Assembly (NCBI GenBank): GCA_048939465.1
Contig: JBHLPL010000040.1
Span: 1-15,966 of the forward strand
Direction: 5' to 3'
Source of the DNA: Promethearchaeota archaeon
GTDB taxonomy: Archaea; Asgardarchaeota; Odinarchaeia; Odinarchaeales; JBHLKK01
Length of the DNA: 15,966 bases
The notes under the pieces are model-generated. The model was not told the DNA's origin and did not search any database. It saw nothing but the letters and a program-made list of their open reading frames with translations. The stretch's first letter is position 1; every line of letters starts with the position of its first letter. Of the stretch, positions 7,623 through 15,702 are shown piece by piece. A program made the translations under genes and the position numbers.

Positions 7623-8225
7623 ATGACCATCAAATATGAAAAAACGCTAAGGGCAATCTCTGTGGTCTTATCACCAACAGGAATCGCCATAATAGTCTCT
7701 GGAATTTTCTCCTTTGGGTTCCCATTGCGCGCAAGTATACTAGATCCAGTTTGGGTCTTCATACTCGGTACGATCTTCATCGGTTTTCTCCCTATAAGCG
7801 CAGTAATCTACGAACGGTCAAAAGGAAATGTTTCATTAGAAGTCCCAAACCAGGAAGAACGGACATACTTCCTTGTCTTGGCTGTCTTCTTCTATGGTAT
7901 TGGGGCCGTCATTTTTTACCTAATCCAGTGTATGATCATGTTTGTTATCTCTGCAGCCTACATTACGGTGACATCTACAGTTACGGCAGTAAATTCTAGG
8001 ACCAAGGTCAGTGTCCACGCAGCCGGCGCTGCCGGGCCTTTGACGGCTATCGTGATGGTCTACGGTATATGGACGCTCTTTGTTTATTCCATTGTCGTAT
8101 TGGTTGTCTGGGTCAGATTGGAGCTTAAGGCCCATACATCCAGTGAACTTCTAACCGGGACCATAATTGGCATAATCATGACTGTATTGACCCTTCTTCT
8201 GCTACTTCCGTTGTGGTCAGTTTAG
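7623..8225 (+). CDS. Multi-pass membrane protein, divergent PAP2-superfamily-like
   Basis: About 6 hydrophobic segments. KVSVH resembles the C2 motif (PSGH) and VRLELKAHTSSE resembles the C3 motif (SRxxxxxHxxxD). No C1 motif seen. Confidence 0.65.
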   Translation: MTIKYEKTLRAISVVLSPTGIAIIVSGIFSFGFPLRASILDPVWVFILGTIFIGFLPISAVIYERSKGNVSLEVPNQEERTYFLVLAVFFYGIGAVIFYLIQCMIMFVISAAYITVTSTVTAVNSRTKVSVHAAGAAGPLTAIVMVYGIWTLFVYSIVVLVVWVRLELKAHTSSELLTGTIIGIIMTVLTLLLLLPLWSV

Positions 8226-8487
8226 GTAGGTTATCCTCCAGATCCGTGGCAGTGTCATCAGATCTGCGAACTGGTCATAGATTTGGGAGCGCCAGCATTC
8301 CGTCTTGAATGAGGCGTTGATATCTGCTTGTTTTGTATCTTATAGCGGGGTTTTTGTATTCTTGAGGCAAAATCTTTACCAGACTTGCAGCAATACTTGT
8401 AGAACCAGACATCATATATGCTCAATATTAACAATACCCGGAAGATATGAGCATGATAGGTACTCTAGAAAATTTGAGTAAGTTGTT

Positions 8488-8502
8488 GAAAAACTTTAAA
8501 TA
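8488..8502 (+). promoter_or_regulatory. BRE/TATA promoter candidate for the nrdJ operon
   Basis: GAAAAAC-TTTAAATA, about 145 nt upstream of the ATG at 8649. Confidence 0.5.
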
Positions 8503-8648
8503 CAATCTCACACCAATCACTTCGAGATTAAGGCGGAAGAGTAAATCGAAAGGCAGGGTGGAAGGGCAAGGAGGGTGAGGCCGCCAACTGCATTCTACTG
8601 CTGAGTAGTGTAGAGCATCAACGCCTCTTGTTTCAAAGGGTGGGGGGC

Positions 8649-11600
8649 ATGACACGAACTCTCAAAGTCAAGAAAATCATAAAGCGCGATGGTAGAATCG
8701 TCGACTTCGATCCAGACAAGATCGCAAATGCAATCTTCAAGGCAGCCCAGGCTCTGGGCGGAAAAGACAGATCGATAGCGGTCAAACTGGCGGATCAAGT
8801 TGTATCCATCGTCGAACAAAAGTTTGGCGCCAGAAAGGTCCCCACCGTCGAAGATGTTCAAGATGTTGTTGAAACGGTTCTGATCGAAGGCGGACATGCC
8901 AAGACTGCAAAGGCCTACATCCTGTACCGACAGAAGAGAAAGGAATTGCGAGAAGCGAAGGCACTGCTTGGTGTTTATGATGACCTGAAGCTATCGCTGA
9001 ACGCTGTCAAGGTTTTGGCTGCTCGGTACTTGCGGAAAGATGAGAATCGGAGAATAATTGAGACCCCAGGTCAAATGTTTCACAGGGTGGCCAAGGCTAT
9101 AGCCAAGGTAGATCTAAATTATGGTAAGAGCGCCAGTGTGAAAAAGATCGAAGAAGAATTCTATAATATGATGGCAAGCCTGGAGTTTCTCCCGAACTCA
9201 CCGACGCTTATGAATGCAGGCACAGAAATTGGAAACCTGTCAGCCTGTTTCGTACTCCCGGTTGAAGATTCCATGGAAAGCATCTTTGATGCGGTAAAGA
9301 ATCTTGCCTTAATTCACCGAAGCGGAGGAGGAACAGGCTTTACGTTTTCGAAACTGAGACCTAAAGGTGATGTGGTCAAGACAACCGGTGGAGTTGCTTC
9401 AGGTCCTATATCCTTTATGAAGGTGTTTGATGCTGCCACCAACGTCATAAAGCAAGGCGGCAGACGTCGCGGAGCAAACATGGGCATACTGAGAGTAGAC
9501 CACCCAGACATACTCGATTTTATTGTGGCAAAGGAAAGAAATGACGTTCTTACCAACTTCAACATTTCCGTTGCAGCTACTCACAGATTCATGAAGGCTG
9601 TGAAGAATGAAGAGGATTATGAATTGATAAATCCTCGTACACAAAGAGCAGTGAAGCGCCTATCAGCTAAGAAGGTATTTGACTTAATCGTAGCTATGGC
9701 TTGGAAGAATGGCGAGCCCGGCATTATATTCATCGACAGAATTAATGAATACAATCCCACTCCTGAAATTGGGAAGATCGAGAGTACCAATCCTTGTCTT
9801 GGTGGAAACATGCTACTGTCTACTGAAAATGGACTAGAAAGATTGAGCGATATTGCTACAGAAAATTCTGACAAAGGAACAAGGATATCAACCGATAACA
9901 GGGTACCGGTCAATGCAAATGTTGGAAGACAACCACCTCTTGATGAGAACACGGAGAACGGCACAAATCTACATAATAGCGTAAGAGCTTGGAGTACTGG
10001 TGAAAAGGTTGTTTACAGGCTTGTAACAAGCGCCGGTTATGAACTTGTAGCTACACCGAATCATAGGATACTGACAACGGAAGGTTGGATAGAATTAAGA
10101 GATTGCTTAGGGAAGAAGATCCTGATACAATCGGGAGAAGGGATATTCAGTAGAAACTATAAACTACCATTCCCCGTAAAGAATGAGTTTACTGGAAAGA
10201 ATGGAAGAAGATATTCATTCTCCCTGCCTTCAGAGTGGTCAAAAGAATTGGGCTTTATTCTTGGCTGGGCAATAGGTGACGGCTGGCTGAGAGAGGGAGA
10301 TAAGGACTGTAGAATAGGATTCTCTTTTGGAGACGATGACCTAGAAGTCTTTGAACATCTTAAACCCATCCTAAATGGCTATTATGGCAGGGAGACAAAG
10401 GAAATCCAAAGAGAGAATAATACTACGCATCTTTCTTATCCCTCAAAATTCTTTGTGGATTATTTTAGAAAGCTTGGCGTTAAGCCTGTAGAAGCTATCA
10501 ACAAGGCTGTTCCGGATTCCATTTTTACTGCTACTAAGGAGGCGGTTACTGGGTTTTTGCAGGCACTCTTCACCGCAGATGGAACCATCGGAACGTACGA
10601 ACCTTCCAAGAATTACTACATAAGGCTTACGTCAAAATCAAGAAGATTGCTGAAAGAAGTGCAACTCCTGTTATTGAATCTGGGGATCAAATCGAGGATA
10701 TACAATAGATGTAGAGAATCAAGAAAAGGATTTAAGTATGTAACAAAGTCAGGCGAGAAAAGATCCTATACTCTTGACGGGATTTGCTTTGAACTAAACA
10801 TCAGTCGGGAAAACATACCGAGATTTCTGGACGAAGTCGGTTTCTTTGGAAGCCGACATGAAGAGAAAAGAAGGAAGCTGAATAGAAGGTACTATTCTGA
10901 CAAATTCGAAGATATGGTTACAGAGATAAGACCTGCCGGCAAAGCAATTGTATACGATTTTGAGGAACCAATAACACATTCAGGAATCTGTAACGGGATT
11001 GTGGTTCACAATTGCGGGGAGCAGCCTCTTTTGCCCTATGAGTCCTGCAACCTGGGTTCCATAAACCTCTCAAAAATGGTTGATGGTGGAGATGTCAACT
11101 GGAAGAAACTTGGAAGAACAGTTGAGCTAGCTGTCCACTTCCTAGATAATGTAGTAGACGCAAACAAGTATCCTCTTCCTGAGATTGAAAACATGACAAA
11201 AGGCAATAGGAAGATAGGTCTGGGTGTAATGGGCTTCGCAGACATGCTCATTAGACTCGGTATTCCATACAATTCCGAAAAAGCTCTAAAGACAGCTGAA
11301 AAGGTTATGCGTTTCATTCAAAGCGAGGGCAAGAAAGCATCTGAAGAACTTGCAAAGAAGAGAGGGGCGTTTCCAAACTTCGAGAAGAGCATATTCGGTG
11401 TAGCAGATGAACCCAAACTCAGAAACGCCACTGTTACCACAATTGCCCCTACAGGAAGCCTGAGCATAATCGCCAATTGTTCTGGCGGAATTGAGCCTCT
11501 TTTTGCAATATCCTTCGTTAGGCGAGTCATGGAAGGGGCTGAACTCATAGAGGTTAATCCAACCTTTGATGAAATAGCGAGGGTTGAGGGCTTTTACAGT

Positions 11601-12074
11601 GATGAGCTTATGAAGCGGATAGCCAAAGCAGGTTCAATTCAGCATGTGGAAGAAGTTCCTCCGGAAGTTCGGCGCATCTTTGTTACGGCTCACGATATTG
11701 CTCCTGAGTGGCACGTAAAAATGCAGGCCGCGTTTCAGAAGTATGTTGAAAATGCTGTCTCGAAGACTGCCAATCTGCCCTACGACGCAACTCCTCATGA
11801 TGTTGAAAGAATATTCTTGCTTGCGTACAGGTTGGGGTGCAAAGGCATAACTGTCTATAGGGACAGAAGTAGGGAGTCCCAGGTCATGAATATTGAGTTG
11901 CCTGAGGCCGAACACCTAGGAGATCAATCAGAAAGAGAATCAGTATCCACCAGTAGTTCTAATCCAGATCATTCTAATTCACCTGATACCTGTCCGGTGT
12001 GTGGTACTAAACTGGTCCATCAAGAGGGCTGTGTTATTTGCAGATCTTGTGGTTGGGGAGTGTGTGAAGGTTGA
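8649..12074 (+). CDS. nrdJ: Class II (adenosylcobalamin-dependent) ribonucleotide reductase with N-terminal ATP cone, an intein and a C-terminal Zn ribbon
   Basis: ATP cone (KIIKRDGR...TVEDVQDVVE...AKAYILYR), FLPNSPTLMNAG, LSACFV, GGGTG, RRGANM, STNP|CGEQPL...ESCNLGSINL, TIAPTGS, KGITVYRD, and C-terminal CPVC...CVICRSCGWGVC. ATG 8649 follows GGGTGGGGGG. About 735 aa after intein removal. Confidence 0.95.
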   Translation: MTRTLKVKKIIKRDGRIVDFDPDKIANAIFKAAQALGGKDRSIAVKLADQVVSIVEQKFGARKVPTVEDVQDVVETVLIEGGHAKTAKAYILYRQKRKELREAKALLGVYDDLKLSLNAVKVLAARYLRKDENRRIIETPGQMFHRVAKAIAKVDLNYGKSASVKKIEEEFYNMMASLEFLPNSPTLMNAGTEIGNLSACFVLPVEDSMESIFDAVKNLALIHRSGGGTGFTFSKLRPKGDVVKTTGGVASGPISFMKVFDAATNVIKQGGRRRGANMGILRVDHPDILDFIVAKERNDVLTNFNISVAATHRFMKAVKNEEDYELINPRTQRAVKRLSAKKVFDLIVAMAWKNGEPGIIFIDRINEYNPTPEIGKIESTNPCLGGNMLLSTENGLERLSDIATENSDKGTRISTDNRVPVNANVGRQPPLDENTENGTNLHNSVRAWSTGEKVVYRLVTSAGYELVATPNHRILTTEGWIELRDCLGKKILIQSGEGIFSRNYKLPFPVKNEFTGKNGRRYSFSLPSEWSKELGFILGWAIGDGWLREGDKDCRIGFSFGDDDLEVFEHLKPILNGYYGRETKEIQRENNTTHLSYPSKFFVDYFRKLGVKPVEAINKAVPDSIFTATKEAVTGFLQALFTADGTIGTYEPSKNYYIRLTSKSRRLLKEVQLLLLNLGIKSRIYNRCRESRKGFKYVTKSGEKRSYTLDGICFELNISRENIPRFLDEVGFFGSRHEEKRRKLNRRYYSDKFEDMVTEIRPAGKAIVYDFEEPITHSGICNGIVVHNCGEQPLLPYESCNLGSINLSKMVDGGDVNWKKLGRTVELAVHFLDNVVDANKYPLPEIENMTKGNRKIGLGVMGFADMLIRLGIPYNSEKALKTAEKVMRFIQSEGKKASEELAKKRGAFPNFEKSIFGVADEPKLRNATVTTIAPTGSLSIIANCSGGIEPLFAISFVRRVMEGAELIEVNPTFDEIARVEGFYSDELMKRIAKAGSIQHVEEVPPEVRRIFVTAHDIAPEWHVKMQAAFQKYVENAVSKTANLPYDATPHDVERIFLLAYRLGCKGITVYRDRSRESQVMNIELPEAEHLGDQSERESVSTSSSNPDHSNSPDTCPVCGTKLVHQEGCVICRSCGWGVCEG
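9795..11012 (+). mobile_element. Intein (406 aa) with LAGLIDADG homing endonuclease
   Basis: Starts with Cys (CLGGNMLL) right after STNP. Block B ATPNHRILT, LAGLIDADG motifs LGWAIGDG and FLQALFTADG, block F VYDF, and terminal GIVVHN followed by extein Cys+1 (CGEQPL). Confidence 0.95.
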
Positions 12075-12598
12075 AGAAATATGGGAAGCTATTGACCTTT
12101 ATTGGTACTGGAGACGGTAAAACGACAGCTGCCCTAGGCCACGCCATAAGGGCGGCAGGACACGGGAAAAGAGTCGTCGTCCTCCACTTCATGAAAGGGA
12201 GAGAAAATGTTGGGGAATATAAGTATTTCACGAGCGACGGAGAGAGGGGGATAAAGGTATACCTGTGTGGCTCTCCCCGGTTCTTGGTTACTATCGAAGA
12301 TAAATGGGAACATCTGGTTAAGGCGAAGGAGAGCTTAAAGCTTGCAAGGGAGATTCTCGCCAAGAATAGCTGTGATCTCTTGATTCTTGATGAAGTCCTC
12401 TATGCCATAAAGTACGGGTTGATACGAGAAGAGGATCTTCTGTCCTTGGTGCAGCTTCGAGGAAATACCCACATAATTCTGACTGGAAGGGAAGCCAGCA
12501 ACCGTATTCAAAAGGCGTCCGATATTGTCACTTTAATGAATGAGATCAAGCACCATTATAATGCCGACAAGACCACAATCCTTGGCCTGGATTATTAG
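12071..12598 (+). CDS. cobO: Cob(I)alamin adenosyltransferase, CobA/CobO/BtuR type
   Basis: P-loop GTGDGKTTAALG, FMKG, DLLILDEV, ILTGR, and SDIVTLMNEIKHHY...GLDY. The TTG start overlaps the nrdJ stop (TTGA). Confidence 0.9.
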   Translation: MKKYGKLLTFIGTGDGKTTAALGHAIRAAGHGKRVVVLHFMKGRENVGEYKYFTSDGERGIKVYLCGSPRFLVTIEDKWEHLVKAKESLKLAREILAKNSCDLLILDEVLYAIKYGLIREEDLLSLVQLRGNTHIILTGREASNRIQKASDIVTLMNEIKHHYNADKTTILGLDY

Positions 12599-12608
12599 AA
12601 AGAGAGTG

Positions 12609-12914
12609 ATGGTGTTGGTTGTAGCTTCCTTTGATATCGTGCCTATCGGGACTGAGGAAACCAGCGTCAGCGATTTTGTGACAGAAGCGATAAAGGTAAT
12701 AAAGAAATTCCAAGACTTGAGATACACACTGACTCCGATGTGTACAATCCTTGAGGGAAGTCTAGATCGTGTGATCGAAGCAATCATGAAAGCGCATGAT
12801 GCGGTGTTCAAGGTAGGGGCCAAGCGTGTTATTACTAATATTAAGATTGACGACCGAAGAGATGTCAAAAGGAAAATGGAAGATAAAGTAAAAGCTGTCG
12901 AGGATAAACTCTAG
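12609..12914 (+). CDS. MTH1187/UPF0045 family (thiamine-binding protein-like)
   Basis: SFDIVPIGTEETSVSDFV...TPMCTILEG...RVITNIKIDDRRD...MEDKV pattern. ATG 12609 lies 10 nt after the cobO stop. Confidence 0.85.
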   Translation: MVLVVASFDIVPIGTEETSVSDFVTEAIKVIKKFQDLRYTLTPMCTILEGSLDRVIEAIMKAHDAVFKVGAKRVITNIKIDDRRDVKRKMEDKVKAVEDKL

Positions 12915-13558
12915 CTCTTTACAGCCTTAAATATTGAATCCACAAACTCGCTTTCTGGTTGGAGCCCCACGACCTCTACCTTATCATTTATTACGGTTTT
13001 AGGTACTGCTGTTACACTATACTCAAGTGCCATGTCCCTGAACTCAATCGACTCGATCATTTCCGACCTTATTCTATTGCTAGCGACTGCCAGTCTGTGC
13101 GCTAATCTAACCATTGCAGGACAGTACGGACACGTGGGCATTACAAAGACCTTTATGTCCACAGGTTTGCCGAGCTTTCTCAATCTCTTGAGAGTATCAT
13201 CACCTAGGTACGCCTCGCCTTTAGATACATCAACGATACTCTCTACGAAAGGACCAAACTCATAACCTGATGGAATGCCTGAATACCTTACTCCGTAGTC
13301 CCTTTCACCAACAATTATAGTTGTAGGGTGCCTCTTTACACCCAGTTCCTTTGCCTTGGCTTCATCTTTCTTGCAGTCGTGTTTTTCAATGCTGACTTTT
13401 CCTGACAGCTTAGCGACCTCCTTAAGAAGGTCCAAAGTCGTATCACATACAACGCAGTTTTTATCACAATGGAAGAATAGGATTCTTACATCTGACCTCA
13501 GATCATCAAACATTTCCTTTACATGTTTCTTTGTGTCCTCATCAATCTCGACAGGCAA
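12911..13558 (-). CDS. Protein disulfide oxidoreductase (PDO, two thioredoxin folds)
   Basis: Two CxxC sites (CVVC, CPYC), GIPSGYEF and cis-Pro motif AVPK. The TTG at 13558 follows a strong GGAGGGAG site and lies downstream of the stop of the upstream gene. Confidence 0.9.
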   Translation of the reverse strand: MPVEIDEDTKKHVKEMFDDLRSDVRILFFHCDKNCVVCDTTLDLLKEVAKLSGKVSIEKHDCKKDEAKAKELGVKRHPTTIIVGERDYGVRYSGIPSGYEFGPFVESIVDVSKGEAYLGDDTLKRLRKLGKPVDIKVFVMPTCPYCPAMVRLAHRLAVASNRIRSEMIESIEFRDMALEYSVTAVPKTVINDKVEVVGLQPESEFVDSIFKAVKS

Positions 13559-13589
13559 AGTACTCCCTCCTGCGAACAGTTCAATCGAA

Positions 13590-13967
13590 TCAGAGGATTT
13601 CCTCCCGTGATTCTTCAAGTCTTTTTAGGGCACTGCTGTACCATTTAGCTAGCGCCTGACGAATTCTCTCTTTAACCTGTTGTCTAGGTATAGCCTTATA
13701 ATAGTATTGTCGCCCTCCTCGGTCTATCAGTGTTTCTTTGCGAAGAGCAAGCCCTTTACTTGCCAGATTTTGAAGAAGTCTTTGGGCAGTAGGTCTGCTC
13801 TTCTTCATGAGTTTCGCCATTTTATACACAGTTATGAAACTGCCTTCCTTCAGAAGCGTGTTATATGCTTCTATTTCCGAGGCACTTAAGGCAATGACAC
13901 ATTTCAGCAGATCCTCAAAATCGACAATCCCTGATGTAATCTGAGACTTTATGTCTTCTATCTTCAT
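13590..13967 (-). CDS. Winged-helix transcriptional regulator (TrmB-like/COG3355-type)
   Basis: LLKCVIALSASEIEAYNTLL...ITVYKMAKLMKKSRPTAQRLLQNLASKGL...GGRQYYYKA wHTH pattern. Ends 31 nt upstream of the PDO start. Confidence 0.8.
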   Translation of the reverse strand: MKIEDIKSQITSGIVDFEDLLKCVIALSASEIEAYNTLLKEGSFITVYKMAKLMKKSRPTAQRLLQNLASKGLALRKETLIDRGGRQYYYKAIPRQQVKERIRQALAKWYSSALKRLEESREEIL

Positions 13968-14005
13968 CGGTAACCCTCGATTGTTTACGTATGTTGAACA
14001 AACAC

Positions 14006-14020
14006 GAAAAGTATATAAAT
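14006..14020. promoter_or_regulatory. TATA element shared by the divergent regulator-pdo and trxA units
   Basis: GAAAAG-TATATAAAT, readable as a TATA box on both strands, in the 116-nt divergent gap. Confidence 0.5.
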
Positions 14021-14083
14021 ACTTTGTGGCAACTACTTCTCTATCTTTCCCCGATTCATTGAGCTTGAACGTGGGTTGGTCTT

Positions 14084-14497
14084 TTGAAGGAAGAAGAAGA
14101 GCTCAGACGCATAAGAGCAAGAAAGATGAAGGAGTTGATGGGACGTATGTCAAAAGAGGAAAGCGGTGGAGAAATACCCACAGGAATACAGCATTTGACT
14201 GATTCGAATTTTGGTGAAATTGTTGCGAAAAGCTCGGTGCCCGTCATTGTGGATTTCTGGGCGGCCTGGTGTATGCCATGCTTGGTGATGGGTCCGATAT
14301 TTGAGTCCTTGGCGAAGAAATACGCCGGAAAAATGGTCTTCGGGAAAGTTGATGTTGATAAGAATCCTAAAACCGCAATGCAATTTGGAGCCAGTAGTAT
14401 ACCTACTTTTATAATCTTCAAGGGAGGAAAGCCGGTCGAACGCATAATTGGGGCAGTTGGGCCGCAATTGGAGGAGCCAATAAAGAAATATGTCTAA
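14084..14497 (+). CDS. trxA: Thioredoxin
   Basis: VDFWAAWCMPC active site, KVDVD, SIPT cis-Pro motif, and the archaeal-type N-terminal helix EEELRRIRARKMKEL. TTG start. Confidence 0.93.
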   Translation: MKEEEELRRIRARKMKELMGRMSKEESGGEIPTGIQHLTDSNFGEIVAKSSVPVIVDFWAAWCMPCLVMGPIFESLAKKYAGKMVFGKVDVDKNPKTAMQFGASSIPTFIIFKGGKPVERIIGAVGPQLEEPIKKYV

Positions 14498-14525
14498 GCC
14501 CCTTCATATTCAAACCTCAACTTTT

Positions 14526-14551
14526 TTATAGTCAAAGCTTATAGTCAAAGC
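14526..14551. repeat. Perfect 13-bp tandem duplication TTATAGTCAAAGC x2 in the usp promoter region
   Basis: Copies at 14526-14538 and 14539-14551. The first copy overlaps a TTTTATA box. Confidence 0.85.
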
Positions 14552-14587
14552 GATTCTAGGTAAAGCAATCTGCATTAACTGGAGAGG

Positions 14588-15028
14588 ATGTTCTTGGAAA
14601 AGAAGATCTTAGTCGCAGTAGACGGAAGTAAGGTATCCGATAAGGCCATGAAACGTGCCGTTGACATGGCAAAGCCAATGGGGGCAAAAATCGTAGCTGT
14701 TCATGTTCTTGACGTGAGAGTCATAACTGTCTATGCTGAGACATCTGGGGAATCTCCGGAAGAGGTTATCCGGAAGTTTGAACATGTTGCTAAAAAGTAT
14801 CTTGATTATGCTAAAGACATAGCCTTAAAGCATAACGTGCCTGTTGAAACCAGGATTCTGCGGGGAACCCCCTGTGCACAAATAACAAAAGAAGCAGGAA
14901 AGATAAAGGCGGAGCTTATCGTTATGGGTGCTAGCGGCATGCATGCTACTACCAGGAAGTTCATCGGAAGTACAGCCGAAAGATGCGTACGAATGTCTTC
15001 TGTTCCGATTTTGCTCGTAAAGGACTAA
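14588..15028 (+). CDS. uspA: Universal stress protein (Usp family), copy 1
   Basis: KILVAVDGS N-terminus and canonical ATP-binding G-2x-G-9x-GS motif (GASGMHATTRKFIGS). Confidence 0.93.
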   Translation: MFLEKKILVAVDGSKVSDKAMKRAVDMAKPMGAKIVAVHVLDVRVITVYAETSGESPEEVIRKFEHVAKKYLDYAKDIALKHNVPVETRILRGTPCAQITKEAGKIKAELIVMGASGMHATTRKFIGSTAERCVRMSSVPILLVKD

Positions 15029-15193
15029 AGGATCGCCTACTCTTCTTTCTTGATATCGCACAGTTTTTGCATAGAATACTGAATTCTGAGAGGAGACTAG
15101 ATTGAATGTGGAGCTCGCTACCCAATAACTACGCAAACCTTATAATGATTAACGATTAGTATGTGAGTGCCCAGCTAGATTGAGATGGGGAGG

Positions 15194-15661
15194 ATGATTT
15201 TGCAGAAAAAAATCTTAGTGGCTGTTGACGGGAGCAAAGTTTCTGATAACGCCTTAGAAATCGCTATTGATATGGCAAAACCTATGGGAGCAAAAATAGC
15301 AGTAATAGCCGTTATTGATGAGAGAGTTGCTGAAATTGTTTCTAAAACCTGTGGAGACCCAATAAGCGAGATAACTCGTGATTTCGAGGAAGCCAACAAA
15401 GGATACTTGGAACGTGCCAAGAATATTGCTGCAAAGAAAGGTATGCAGATTGAAACAAGACTCGTTCGGGGAACGCCAGCAACGCAGATTGCGGAAGAAG
15501 CTGAGAAATCAAATCCATTTCTGATTGTCTTGGGTTGCCATGGCTTAAGTGGCGGGATTACCTCCCGAGACAAGAAACTCATAGGGAGTACTGCTGAAAG
15601 GGTAATACGAATGTGTTGTGGGCATGGCTTTTCACGCTCGATACTGCTTGTCACAGAATGA
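15194..15661 (+). CDS. uspA: Universal stress protein (Usp family), copy 2, with insertions
   Basis: KKILVAVDGSKVSD is identical to copy 1. The start was placed at ATG 15194 by alignment to copy 1 (both follow GAGG). The ATP motif spacer is extended to 13 residues. Confidence 0.9.
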   Translation: MILQKKILVAVDGSKVSDNALEIAIDMAKPMGAKIAVIAVIDERVAEIVSKTCGDPISEITRDFEEANKGYLERAKNIAAKKGMQIETRLVRGTPATQIAEEAEKSNPFLIVLGCHGLSGGITSRDKKLIGSTAERVIRMCCGHGFSRSILLVTE

Positions 15662-15702
15662 TTCTCTTTCTGCCAGAATTCCAGGATCTTGTCAGTTGAG
15701 TT

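Noticed and set aside
8525-8648. Cobalamin riboswitch in the nrdJ leader
   Set aside because: Only CCGCCAACTG resembles part of the B12 element. The GGGAA...GGTG.AA.TCC core is not recognisable, so it is kept only as a generic structured-leader hypothesis.
8226-8655. Minus-strand ORFs in the nrdJ upstream region (75 aa at 8428-8655 and a ~46-codon ORF starting near 8415)
   Set aside because: No family features or ribosome-binding site, and the longer one overlaps the nrdJ promoter and start.
2197-12914. Both convergent gene pairs overlap on the same CTAG tetramer (2197-2200 and 12911-12914)
   Set aside because: This is the expected geometry when two TAG stops overlap, and it is common in compact genomes.
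13968-14083. SurR box (GTT-N3-AAC) upstream of pdo/trxA
   Set aside because: No exact GTT-N3-AAC found on either strand, and the regulator does not look like SurR.
15175-15654. 159-aa antisense ORF, and similar ones at 1579-2001, 9617-9964, 12034-12363, 12533-12868 and 14056-14445
   Set aside because: Shadow ORFs lying opposite well-supported genes.
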